Shown piece by piece: positions 51,033-60,969 of a stretch of 64,000 nucleotides of DNA (its first letter is position 1; each line of letters starts with the position of its first letter). Under the pieces are notes generated by a model. It saw nothing but the letters and a program-made list of their open reading frames with translations, was not told the origin of the DNA and searched no databases. Both the position numbers and the translations under genes were made by a program. Source of the DNA: Candidatus Micrarchaeia archaeon. GTDB taxonomy: Archaea > Micrarchaeota > Micrarchaeia > Micrarchaeales > Micrarchaeaceae. The DNA lies in assembly GCA_049967795.1 (NCBI GenBank), contig JBMFSA010000002.1, positions 7,783 to 71,782 of the forward strand, read 5' to 3'.

Positions 51033-52250
51033 TTGGATTCAATAAATCAAAGCGTTTTAAATATAGGGACATTAGGTCATATAGATCATGGAAAGACCTC
51101 TTTAATTAAAGCTATAACTCACGTATGGACTGATAGGCATAGCGAAAGTTTAAAGAGAAATATGACAATTAAGCTTGGATACGCCGATGCTTTAATAAGA
51201 AAATGTCCTAAGTGTCCAGAGCCCCAAGCGTTTACAACATCTGATAAATGCAGCGTATGTGGATCAATTGCAGAACCTTTAATGAGGATATCATTGCTTG
51301 ATGCTCCAGGCCACGAAACGCTTATGGCTACTGCAATAGCAGGAGCAAATGTTATTGATGCAATACTCTTTGTTATTGCAGCAAATGAGCCTTGTCCAAT
51401 GCAGCAGACTAAAGAGCATCTAATGATAATTAACATATTAGGTATTAAGGATGTTATTGTTATACAGACAAAAATAGATATTGTAGGCAAAGAAAATGCT
51501 TTAAAACATTACTATCAAATAAAAGAATTTTTAAAAGGCAGCATAATAGAGAATGCACCAATAATACCTGTGATGACTAATTATGGAATAAATATTGATG
51601 TTGTTTTAGATCATATAGCTAAAATAAAGATTCCAGAGCGCGATATAACATCAGCGCCATTGATGTATATAGTGCGTTCATTTGATGTTAATAAGCCAGG
51701 AATTGATGCAAAGGATATTATAGGAGGGGTTATTGGAGGTGCAATTATAAAAGGCAAATTTAAAGTTGGAGATATTATAGAAATAAAGCCCGGTATAAAA
51801 CCAATTTCAAAAGCCAAAAAAGAGATTTATATACCTGCTGTTACTAAAATTGTTGGATTAAGCAATGGCGATAGGCAGCTTAGTGAAGCACTTCCCGGTG
51901 GATTAATAGGTATATCAACAGAATTGGATCCTGTGTTTACAAAAGCAGACGCACTTGTTGGTAATATTGTTGGCCTTGAGGGCAAACTTCCACCAGCAGT
52001 TACATCAATTTCATTTAATTATTTCAACCTAAAACGAAAAGATATACCAGAACAGCAGCTAAAAGAAGGAGAGCCTATAGTGCTCGGTATTGGTACTGCA
52101 ACTTCTGTAGGTTTTATAAAAAAGATTAAAAAAGACATAATTGAGGTTGAATTTAAGAAGCCGGTTGTTGCTTTGAGTAAAGCAAAAGTAGCGGTTATGC
52201 AGAATATTAATCAAAGATGGCGCCTAGTTGGTTATGGGATTGTACTATAA
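51033..52250 (+). CDS. eif2g: Translation initiation factor aIF2 gamma subunit
   Basis: 405 aa. GHIDHGKTSL, DAPGHE, QTKID G motifs and zinc knuckle CPKC...CSVCG. TTG start with SD GGTG. Conserved rps6e-eif2g adjacency. Confidence 0.93.
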   Translation: MDSINQSVLNIGTLGHIDHGKTSLIKAITHVWTDRHSESLKRNMTIKLGYADALIRKCPKCPEPQAFTTSDKCSVCGSIAEPLMRISLLDAPGHETLMATAIAGANVIDAILFVIAANEPCPMQQTKEHLMIINILGIKDVIVIQTKIDIVGKENALKHYYQIKEFLKGSIIENAPIIPVMTNYGINIDVVLDHIAKIKIPERDITSAPLMYIVRSFDVNKPGIDAKDIIGGVIGGAIIKGKFKVGDIIEIKPGIKPISKAKKEIYIPAVTKIVGLSNGDRQLSEALPGGLIGISTELDPVFTKADALVGNIVGLEGKLPPAVTSISFNYFNLKRKDIPEQQLKEGEPIVLGIGTATSVGFIKKIKKDIIEVEFKKPVVALSKAKVAVMQNINQRWRLVGYGIVL

Positions 52251-52299
52251 TATATAAAAATATAATTTCTTTATAATTTAAAGTTCTTTTATTTATCTT

Positions 52300-53415
52300 T
52301 TAATTAATTTTATTGATGACCTCTTTTATTTTATCAATTAACTCATTTTTGCCCTCTTCTGTCTTTATTTTATTTAATGTTTTTTTATCTAAATTAAATC
52401 CAGAAGCATAAGCGTGGCCTCCACCACCAAAATATGATGCTATTTTTCCTAAATCTACATTACATTCGTTTTTTCTCCTTAAACTAACACTTCCACTTTT
52501 TATATTTACAAAAAGAGCAATATTTGCATATGTTTTTTTAAATATTGCTTCACATGCATTATTACTTTTAAGATTTTTACTGAAACCTACACCTATTTTT
52601 AAATTTCCTTCATCATTTTTGAATTCAAATAGATTTCCCTCACTTAATAATATTTTCATATATTTTTCTTCCTCTTTTTTATATTTTTCAAAAATCTTAT
52701 TTATTTTAGTATCATTATAGGCTCCTAATGAAATATTCTTCACCATATCCTTCAATTTTCTATTTTGTGTATCTATACTTCTTGAGTGGCTATTTATATA
52801 ATCAATCACCTCAGATAATTTCTCAACATGATATTCATATACAGTTCCTTTATAAAGATAAAAGTCTGATAGATGTGCAAGATTAGTTATACTATCAAAA
52901 ATTTCATCAATATCATCATTTATGTTTTTGATTATATATTCATAGACTAGATCAGCACCACAAAATTTATTTTCACCAATTACTGCTACATCTAACATTT
53001 TTGCTACATCGTTAATATTAGATTTAAGTGGATGGTGATCTAAAACAATTATTTTATTTCCATCTTCTCTAAAATGCTTTAAGAATTCAGTAAAATTAGA
53101 TTTATCTAAATTGTTAATGTCTGTCAATATTAAACAATTATTAGAACCTTTTATCTCTTTTAGTTCATTAATTACTCTTTCAATATCCTCTTCAGAATAA
53201 TTTCCAAAATACACCTTATCTAAATTAATTATTTTTGAACGTAATAGTAATGCAGCTGATACTATGCCATCAAGATCTGTTTGATGTGTAAGATTATAAA
53301 TATTATAATTTTTAATAATAGATTTTATTGCATTTTTTACTTCATTATCATCATCATTTATAATTTTATTGTTTACAACATAAAAAATTCCATTTTCTTC
53401 TTTATCTTTAATCAT
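52300..53415 (-). CDS. DHH/DHHA1 family phosphoesterase (NrnA/RecJ-like)
   Basis: 371 aa. DLDGIVSAALL, VLDHH, and DHHA1 motif GGGGHAYASG. Confidence 0.75.
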   Translation of the reverse strand: MIKDKEENGIFYVVNNKIINDDDNEVKNAIKSIIKNYNIYNLTHQTDLDGIVSAALLLRSKIINLDKVYFGNYSEEDIERVINELKEIKGSNNCLILTDINNLDKSNFTEFLKHFREDGNKIIVLDHHPLKSNINDVAKMLDVAVIGENKFCGADLVYEYIIKNINDDIDEIFDSITNLAHLSDFYLYKGTVYEYHVEKLSEVIDYINSHSRSIDTQNRKLKDMVKNISLGAYNDTKINKIFEKYKKEEEKYMKILLSEGNLFEFKNDEGNLKIGVGFSKNLKSNNACEAIFKKTYANIALFVNIKSGSVSLRRKNECNVDLGKIASYFGGGGHAYASGFNLDKKTLNKIKTEEGKNELIDKIKEVINKIN

Positions 53416-53447
53416 TATATCACTTTATAACCCTTATATAAACTTCT

Positions 53448-53521
53448 TAATAAGGTATATAATCTTTTCTATTTTTAATTTAAGTAATAAGGTATATAAT
53501 CTTTTCTATTTTTAATTTAAG
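53448..53521. repeat. Perfect 37-bp tandem duplication (2 copies) spanning the aspS stop codon and the DHH-gene promoter region
   Basis: TAATAAGGTATATAATCTTTTCTATTTTTAATTTAAG at 53448-53484 and again at 53485-53521, with no mismatch. Confidence 0.9.
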
Positions 53522-54806
53522 GTGTTATCCTTTTTCTGTCTCGTGGAAACATTGCGCACTCTCTTATATTGTCTGCTCTTGTTATCATCATTGTCAACCT
53601 TTCTAATCCTATACTCCATCCCGCGTGCGGTGGTGCACCACTTCTAAATGCATCAATATAAAATTTAAAATTATCTGGATTTAGTCCCTTCTTTTTTAAT
53701 GCTGCTATAAGCATTTCAGGATCATTAATTCTTTGAGCACCACTGCTTATTTCAAGCCCTCTATATAATAGGTCAAATGAATGAGTTAGCTCTGGATTAT
53801 CTGCATGTGGCATAGAATAAAATGCTCTTAATGATGTTGGAAAATCTTTGATTACTATACCTTCTCCATACTTATTTTCAAGAGATTTTTCATATTCTCT
53901 AGTTATATCTGCTCCATGATCTACACTATGACCAGCATTTTTTAGTGTTTTTATCGCATCTGCGTAGCTTATTATTTTTATATCTGGAACTTCTAAGTCA
54001 ACATTTAATGTCTGGAGCTCTTTTTGGTTATTTTCTTTCACTGATTTTATTATTGCTTTCAATACTTTTATAATTGTATCTATAACATCATCTACATTTA
54101 CAAATGCTCTTTCTATATCCATTTGTGTTATCTCTGATAAATGATATACTGTATTTGATTTTTCTGCTCTAAAAACAGGTGTTATCATAAATACTTTGTC
54201 AAGGCCACCTATAATTGCTAATTGTTTATATAATTGTGGTGATTGTGCCAGATATGCATTTTTTTCATAATATTTAACTGAGAACAATTCTGCACCTCCT
54301 TCACTTGCTTCTGCTATAATTGATGGTGTTCTTATTTGTACATAATTTTCATTCATCAAAGTAGTTGTAAATGTATTTAAAATTGTCGATTGTATTTTAA
54401 ATATTGCTGCGGTTTCAGCTCTTCTTAAATCAACATATCTATAATTTAATCTTACATCTAATTCTGCTGGTACCTTTCCAGTAACTTCAAATGGAATTTT
54501 TGTTGATAACGGATTCAAATTTTTTATTTCTAGAGGAATTATTTCACATCCTGTCTTTGCTTCTTTACTAGCTTTAACAGTTCCATATATTTCAACTATA
54601 CTCTCTTTAGGTAAAGACATGGATTTTATTATTTTCTGATCTACAATACCTTTTTTACCAATAACTTGTATTATACCTGTATTATCTCTTAACAGTAAAA
54701 ATGTAATATTTGAAGTTTCTCTTACTTCATGAACCCAACCAGCTATTTTTACTTTTGTACCATCTAAATTTGGTGTTATTTCGCTAATATAGTGGTCTCT
54801 TATCAT
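53517..54806 (-). CDS. aspS: Aspartyl-tRNA synthetase (archaeal type)
   Basis: 429 aa. Collinear with Pyrococcus AspRS (R.HY.SEIT...G.KV..AGWV, LDVRLNYRYVDLRR, FRAE, GGLERL...FPRD..R..P). Confidence 0.9.
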   Translation of the reverse strand: MIRDHYISEITPNLDGTKVKIAGWVHEVRETSNITFLLLRDNTGIIQVIGKKGIVDQKIIKSMSLPKESIVEIYGTVKASKEAKTGCEIIPLEIKNLNPLSTKIPFEVTGKVPAELDVRLNYRYVDLRRAETAAIFKIQSTILNTFTTTLMNENYVQIRTPSIIAEASEGGAELFSVKYYEKNAYLAQSPQLYKQLAIIGGLDKVFMITPVFRAEKSNTVYHLSEITQMDIERAFVNVDDVIDTIIKVLKAIIKSVKENNQKELQTLNVDLEVPDIKIISYADAIKTLKNAGHSVDHGADITREYEKSLENKYGEGIVIKDFPTSLRAFYSMPHADNPELTHSFDLLYRGLEISSGAQRINDPEMLIAALKKKGLNPDNFKFYIDAFRSGAPPHAGWSIGLERLTMMITRADNIRECAMFPRDRKRITP

Positions 54807-54991
54807 ATATGCACCACATAAATTTATATTATAATTATATTTTGATTTTAAACTTTTTATTTTATGAATATAAGTATTATAAATATAAGTATAAATATTA
54901 TATAAATTAAAAGGATAAGTTTAATAAATTATATCCAAATTCAAAAAAAGAAAAGAAATAAAAATAAAAAAAATAAAAAGGAAATAAAGGA

Positions 54992-55288
54992 TTACTTTGC
55001 TAATACTATCTGTATAGCACTAACTTTTGACCTTGTACCATCTTCGTTAGTTAATTCTTCTGATGATGTTGTTATGCCTTTGAGGGTAAGATTCTGTAAG
55101 AATCTATTTGTTACTATTTCTTTTACATCTACTGCTTTCGATATAGAGTTTCCTCTTGCTTTTATAATTACTTCAGATGCACCGCTGTTAAATTGTGTTA
55201 CAACAGCAAGTACATAGTTCATTGTAGGTTTTCTTCCTATATAAATTACATTTTCATTTCCTTTTTCGTTTTGTTCTTGTTCATTCAT
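54992..55288 (-). CDS. albA: Chromatin protein Alba
   Basis: [43 protein letters not shown] is the Alba signature. The ATG at 55286-55288 is preceded by SD GTGAT; the track start is that GTG. Confidence 0.92.
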   Translation of the reverse strand: MNEQEQNEKGNENVIYIGRKPTMNYVLAVVTQFNSGASEVIIKARGNSISKAVDVKEIVTNRFLQNLTLKGITTSSEELTNEDGTRSKVSAIQIVLAK

Positions 55289-55508
55289 AGAAATCACTTT
55301 CTGATCGCTTTATTGTTAAATATGTTTATATGCAAATATATTTAAGTATTATGTATCTTTTTATTTTGTATCAAATAAAATTAATTATTTTTATAATATT
55401 TATAATGTTAATAATAATGAATTACAATATAAAATTATTAATCATATTATTTTTATTGTCTTATTATTTATTTTTTATTTAAGAATTATTTTAGAACTAA
55501 TATTATCA

Positions 55509-56387
55509 CTAATCAAGTAATTTTTTTATATCTTTATCTTTAAATAGATCCTCTATATAAATATCTTTATTTATTTCTTTTATTTTATAAAGAGGATAAA
55601 CTGCTGCAATATTTCTCAATAAAATTATTTCATCGTAAATATTTGCTTCTTTTGCATTGTCAATTTCTACATTGATTGATTTAATTGTATTTATTATAAG
55701 ATCCTTGAGTAATTGTTTTAATCTTCCTTCAGAAATTAAATTATCAGAAATAATCATTTCTGCATCTTTTTTATCTTCGAGTTCGCAACTCTCCTTATCA
55801 AAAAATTTTTTGCCAAATGATCTTATATATGTAGGTGCAATAGGATAAAAAATTTTATAAAATACATAGCCAAATGGAATTGCATACGAATAATTTAAAA
55901 TAATTTCTTTTGATACAATTCTTTCATTCCAGTCATTAAGGTTCTTAATGTAATTAAAAGTATTTTCTAACTCTTTTGATGGTGGATTTTTATAAATGTT
56001 ATAATTTAATCCTTCAATAAGATTTTTTATAATAAGTGCTCTTCCATTTTCTATATCTGTAATTGAGATAAATCTCTCCTTTAATTCTAAATTATCCCAT
56101 GAGTGTTCTGACCAGTATTTAGAAACAGAACTCATCGAATTTATACTATAATAAAGCAAATTTAATAAGTGTACCATATGTTTTCTTTTGAACACAACAC
56201 CATTGGGTAGTGTTATGTTTTCTGCCTTAACATCTCCTTTTTTTCTTCCATAATTAATAAAAGTCAATATATATTTTATATTATAATTCTTTTTCTTTAG
56301 ATAATCCTTAATATACGGTATAAGCCATTCAGGTAAATTGTATTTATTTATAAAAGATCTAATAATTTTTTCATCAAATTTTAACAT
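55509..56387 (-). CDS. Hypothetical protein
   Basis: 292-aa ORF of ordinary (not low-complexity) composition. No motif recognised. Confidence 0.5.
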   Translation of the reverse strand: MLKFDEKIIRSFINKYNLPEWLIPYIKDYLKKKNYNIKYILTFINYGRKKGDVKAENITLPNGVVFKRKHMVHLLNLLYYSINSMSSVSKYWSEHSWDNLELKERFISITDIENGRALIIKNLIEGLNYNIYKNPPSKELENTFNYIKNLNDWNERIVSKEIILNYSYAIPFGYVFYKIFYPIAPTYIRSFGKKFFDKESCELEDKKDAEMIISDNLISEGRLKQLLKDLIINTIKSINVEIDNAKEANIYDEIILLRNIAAVYPLYKIKEINKDIYIEDLFKDKDIKKLLD

Positions 56388-56492
56388 TACTAACGCCTTA
56401 ATTGTTTCTGCGTCAATACAAAAAATAATATAAAAAAATATAAAATAAAAAAATAAAATAATTAATAATTATAAGTTTATAAAAATTATTTG

Positions 56493-56532
56493 ATTATTAA
56501 TTATTATTTTTAATTATTAATTATTATTTTTA
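56493..56532. repeat. Perfect 20-bp tandem duplication (ATTATTAATTATTATTTTTA x2) spanning the dnaG stop codon
   Basis: 56493-56512 equals 56513-56532. The dnaG stop is at 56517-56519. Confidence 0.85.
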
Positions 56533-57965
56533 GTATATATTAGTACATCCTCATACGGCCTTGATATCTGACTTGTTCTAACACCATAAATTGCGCGTAT
56601 GCCTGATTTATGTGCTACATCGATAAGTCTTTGTGTTATTATGCCATTGAAAACAATAATCTTTGCATCTTTAATAGCAGGTATTTTTGGTATTAATTCA
56701 CTTATAGGTAATTCAGTTATAATATTTCCTGAAGAATCATATATTCTTCCACGGAGAGTGTTATGTAGTTCATTTAATGCAGAAATAAACTTTTCCTTAT
56801 TTGAGGCATAAAAATTTATATTTTCTTTTTCTTCATCTGGTTCACTATCATGTTCTGTTTGCTGGAAAATTGAAGGCACATCTTCACTCTCATCTTCTTC
56901 ATTACCATCTATACTTTTTATATTAAATGTATTAAGTTTCTTCTCTTGTGTTTGCTGTGGCTTGAAGAGATTTGATGATATGGCAGTTGGACTTAAAGGA
57001 GTATTTTCTGTATTATGCTGTTGTGTTTGCTGCGTTTGCTGTGGTTGCTTAAAAAATTGATGTTTATTTTTTTGTATATTCTGATTCTGCTGTGCTGGTT
57101 GCTGATATAAATCTTGCCTATTGTCCTTCTTAATGGTATGTATTATCTGTTCTAATGGTATCCTTGATCTCAATGATTTAATTATTTCTTTTCTTGTAAG
57201 TTCTTCAACTTCCTTTCCATCCGGTGCTCTTGCAACAAAATCTACTTCACCAACATTCATTATTCCTTTTAAGATTATATCGCCGCCTCTATCACCATCA
57301 AGGAATAATGTTGTTTCCTTAGTTTTTATAAGTTCAATAATTGTTTTTGGAATTACTCCTGTTGCACCACCAATAGCAATACAATTTGTTATATCATTTT
57401 TCAATAAATTGACAACATCTGCTCTTCCCTCAACTAATATTACATCGTCGCTTGTAGCAACATCAGGGCCTGCAGGCAGATTCTCAGGTCCATAGGTTGT
57501 AATTACACTTGCTTTTACATCAGATTCAACAAGATCACTTAATTCTCTACTATCTGGTAATTCCATAGTAAGCAATTGTTTTATTAATTCTTTTGCTCTA
57601 TTTATTATTTTCTTTCTTTTTTCGTTTCTTGTATCTTCTATCTTCACTATTTTAAATGTAGTTTCAAAAGGGCCAACTCGATCAACTGATTCTATAGCCG
57701 CTGCAAGTATACAAGTTTCAACCCTATTAAGCGATGAAGGTAAAAATAATTTACCTGTTGTATGATTGTTTGTCGGGTTTGTATCAATTTCTATTCTGCC
57801 TATTTTTCCATTTTTTTGTAATTCTCTTAAATCAAGATCTCCTCCAAGAAGCCCCTCTGTTTGCCCGAAAACAGCCCCTATAATATCTGGCTTTTCTACA
57901 AGCCCATTAATCTCAAAATCTGCTTCAACTAAATATTTTAAGATGTCTATGTATGTTTTTGCCAT
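56517..57965 (-). CDS. dnaG: Archaeal DnaG-type Toprim protein (primase / exosome-associated)
   Basis: 482 aa. N-terminal KYLVEADFEINGLVEKPDIIGAVFGQTEGLLG signature, Toprim (VEGRADV...DGDRGG), about 100-aa Q/E-rich linker, then a C-terminal domain. Confidence 0.9.
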   Translation of the reverse strand: MAKTYIDILKYLVEADFEINGLVEKPDIIGAVFGQTEGLLGGDLDLRELQKNGKIGRIEIDTNPTNNHTTGKLFLPSSLNRVETCILAAAIESVDRVGPFETTFKIVKIEDTRNEKRKKIINRAKELIKQLLTMELPDSRELSDLVESDVKASVITTYGPENLPAGPDVATSDDVILVEGRADVVNLLKNDITNCIAIGGATGVIPKTIIELIKTKETTLFLDGDRGGDIILKGIMNVGEVDFVARAPDGKEVEELTRKEIIKSLRSRIPLEQIIHTIKKDNRQDLYQQPAQQNQNIQKNKHQFFKQPQQTQQTQQHNTENTPLSPTAISSNLFKPQQTQEKKLNTFNIKSIDGNEEDESEDVPSIFQQTEHDSEPDEEKENINFYASNKEKFISALNELHNTLRGRIYDSSGNIITELPISELIPKIPAIKDAKIIVFNGIITQRLIDVAHKSGIRAIYGVRTSQISRPYEDVLIYTKNNN

Positions 57966-58415
57966 ATAATCTACCTCTTTATTTTTTTATTTTTTTTGTA
58001 TTTTATATTTTTATATTTAGGATACGTCATAAAAAGGTTTTATATGGATGTCAATTAATGAGTTAATAAGTTATACTGTTAGAATAATTTGTAATCTACT
58101 TTCTAGTAAAAGAAGGTTGATTGCATATTTAATATTATATATAAACTTCATTATTATTGACATAATATAAACCTTTAAATATGAGTCTCCTAAATAATAT
58201 TATATAATAAAGATAAATATATAAACTTTAGCAATCTTTATATCTTATAATATTTTATATTTATTTTTTTATTTTAAGGTTTTGAAATAAGAAATATAAG
58301 AAGTCTTATTAGTTTTTCATTAATTTTATCAATATTTTGGTACTTTCTTAATTTTGATTCTAATATTAAAATCATCAAAAGAGTTAAAATACAAATACAA
58401 ATATAAAGTGACAAA

Positions 58416-59195
58416 ATGTCAATATATAATGATGAAGAGGATGAATCACTTAGAAAGGAATATATATCAAAAGGAAAGGAAAAATCAACTACTAATGAAT
58501 TTAATGAAAAAACTAGCATTATTCTTTCAAAATTTTTTAATAAAGGAATTATAAAAAAAGTTGATTATATAATTGCAAGGGGTAAAGAAGCTGATATATA
58601 TATTGCTGAAGCGGGAGGTTCTGAAATTGTTGCAAATGAAAAATTTATAATCCTTAAATTATTTAGAATTGAAACTTCCTCATTTTTTAATATAAGGGAT
58701 TATATTGTGGGTGATCCTAGATTTAGGAAAATTAATAGAGCAAAATACAGTTTAATTAATGAATGGTGCAAGAAAGAATATAGAAATCTACAGATTGCAA
58801 TAGAAGCCCATGTTAATGCACCTAAACCTTTTATGTTTAAAAAGAATATACTTGCAATGTCTTTAATAGAAAACAACGGCAAACCTGCGCCAAAATTACA
58901 CGATATTTTATTAGACAATCCTCAGAATGTTTATAATCAAATATTAAAAAGTGTAAGTTTACTCTACAATATGGAACTTGTTCATGCGGATTTGAGTGAA
59001 TATAATATATTGATAGCAGATAAAGAGGTTCCTTATCTAATAGACTTTGGTCAAGCTGTTGACATTAAGCACCCAAATGCACTTCAATTCTTAAAGCGCG
59101 ATATTACAAATATTTCAACTTATTTTTCAAATAAATATAATATAGAAACAGATCCTATAAAAATAATAGATAAAATAATAAAAGGAAGAGATTAA
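58416..59195 (+). CDS. rio1: RIO-type serine/threonine kinase (Rio1-like, no N-terminal wHTH)
   Basis: 259 aa. GKEADIY, HADLSEYNIL and IDFGQAV motifs. SD GTGA. Confidence 0.88.
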   Translation: MSIYNDEEDESLRKEYISKGKEKSTTNEFNEKTSIILSKFFNKGIIKKVDYIIARGKEADIYIAEAGGSEIVANEKFIILKLFRIETSSFFNIRDYIVGDPRFRKINRAKYSLINEWCKKEYRNLQIAIEAHVNAPKPFMFKKNILAMSLIENNGKPAPKLHDILLDNPQNVYNQILKSVSLLYNMELVHADLSEYNILIADKEVPYLIDFGQAVDIKHPNALQFLKRDITNISTYFSNKYNIETDPIKIIDKIIKGRD

Positions 59196-59202
59196 TAATA
59201 GC

Positions 59203-60393
59203 TTAATTTTTGCTTATTAGATTAGATATATTAATTATTGATGTATGTTTTAATGTATCTGCTTCTGCTCTATTAATTTTATATTTTTTATATAGTGTAT
59301 TAATTATTTTTTTATTTACTCCTGTTGATGGATTTTTTGCCTTTAATGAACATACGTCAATATAAGGTTTAATAGAAATTTCATATGTACCAAGTTCTTT
59401 CGCTTTATCTATTATTTCTTGTTTATCAAATCCTATCAATGGTCTCATTATAAATTCATTTATTTTACTTTCAGTTGCTATGAGATTATTAACTGTTTGA
59501 GAAGCAACCTGTCCTATACTTTCACCAGTCACTATAACGTTTGCACCTTCTTTTATAGCAATTCTATGCGCCATTCTATAAAGGAAATGCTTGAATACTA
59601 TTAATTCATATTTTCCATTGATACCAAGTATTGATGTCTGATAATAGTGTGAAGGCATTATATAACAGTTAGCTTGCGGATAATATTTATTCAATAAAAA
59701 GAGGATTTCTTTCATTTTTGAGTTCATAATATCATCATTACTAGAGAAGGCGTGCATATGTAAATAAATTGGTAAGAGCCCTCTTTTCATCGCATAAATT
59801 GCGGCAACTGGTGAATCTATTCCACCTGAAAGTAGTATTATAGCCTTACCTGAAGAGCCTACAGGTAATCCGTTAGCACCTTTTATTTTTTCTTTGTATA
59901 AAAATGTGCCTTCTTTTGTAATATTTATATATAAATTATTTTTGCCATTTTTATCTATACTAAAATTAAGCGCTTTAATATTATTAATAAATTTAGTAAC
60001 TATTTGGTGTGAATCATATTTAAATTCTTTATAAGATCTAGTTACAATAATTTTTACATCATGTTTATTATTCATCAAAATATCTGCAGCTGAAATTATT
60101 TTGTTAATATCATTCTCAATAATTAAGGTTGGGGCAAACCAAGATATTCCAAATATATATTTAAGTTTGTTAATTATCTTATCTATATCTGAATTGTTGC
60201 TTAACTCAATTAAAAATCTATCTCTTAAATTTTCTATTTTGTCATATTTTTCTTCTTTGAGTGCAATTTTTATATTTTCAAGAAGTTTGTTTATAAATGT
60301 GGACCTATTTTTGCCTTTCATCCAAATTTCTCCAAAATGAATAACAATCTTGTCATATTTATTATAACCTAAATTATAATTATGTCTTTTCAT
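59203..60393 (-). CDS. thiI: tRNA 4-thiouridine sulfurtransferase ThiI (THUMP plus PP-loop)
   Basis: 396 aa. N-terminal ferredoxin-like/THUMP region and PP-loop LLSGGIDSPVA. No rhodanese domain. Confidence 0.88.
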   Translation of the reverse strand: MKRHNYNLGYNKYDKIVIHFGEIWMKGKNRSTFINKLLENIKIALKEEKYDKIENLRDRFLIELSNNSDIDKIINKLKYIFGISWFAPTLIIENDINKIISAADILMNNKHDVKIIVTRSYKEFKYDSHQIVTKFINNIKALNFSIDKNGKNNLYINITKEGTFLYKEKIKGANGLPVGSSGKAIILLSGGIDSPVAAIYAMKRGLLPIYLHMHAFSSNDDIMNSKMKEILFLLNKYYPQANCYIMPSHYYQTSILGINGKYELIVFKHFLYRMAHRIAIKEGANVIVTGESIGQVASQTVNNLIATESKINEFIMRPLIGFDKQEIIDKAKELGTYEISIKPYIDVCSLKAKNPSTGVNKKIINTLYKKYKINRAEADTLKHTSIINISNLISKN

Positions 60394-60698
60394 AATATCA
60401 TCTAATATTATACTAATAATTAATGGATTTTAATCAATTTCAATTTTGATTCAGAGTTGTTTATCAATGTTTATAAATATTTATATTTTTATACATCTAT
60501 CTAATTTTACATATTTGAATGTTCATAGCAATCTATAAATAGCTTATTTTTAAATATTTTCAATAAATCAATAAAAATATAAAATTAATAATTGATTTAT
60601 AATTAAATATAAATATATAATGAACTATAATAAATAATAAATTTATAAAAAATAAAATATACTTATATAAAAATTAAAAAGTAAAAAGGAGTGATAAT

Positions 60699-60884
60699 AT
60701 GTTTACAAAGAAAATTAATGATTTTATAGAAAATTCAAAACATATAATCAATATAAGCTACAAACCAACAAAAGAAGAATTCAATAAAGCTATTAAATTA
60801 ACATTATTAGGTATTATATTGATTGGACTTATTGGTTTTATAATATCTGTAATTATCAGCTTTATAACTGGTACTCCATTATAA
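60699..60884 (+). CDS. secE: Preprotein translocase subunit SecE/Sec61-gamma
   Basis: 61 aa. KPTKEEF then a single C-terminal TM. Strong SD GGAGTGAT. Not adjacent to spt5 here. Confidence 0.8.
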   Translation: MFTKKINDFIENSKHIINISYKPTKEEFNKAIKLTLLGIILIGLIGFIISVIISFITGTPL

Positions 60885-60969
60885 TTTTATAATAATATTT
60901 TTTATAAAATTTATTTTTTCATTTTTCCATTACTAATATATTTATTGTTTATTATTTTTAGGAAATTTT

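Noticed and set aside
58274-58554. 81-aa (minus) and 66-aa (plus) ORFs in the dnaG/rio1 divergent spacer
   Set aside because: They are low-complexity and AT-driven with no SD. One overlaps the well-supported rio1 start. The 450-bp spacer is more simply a divergent promoter region.
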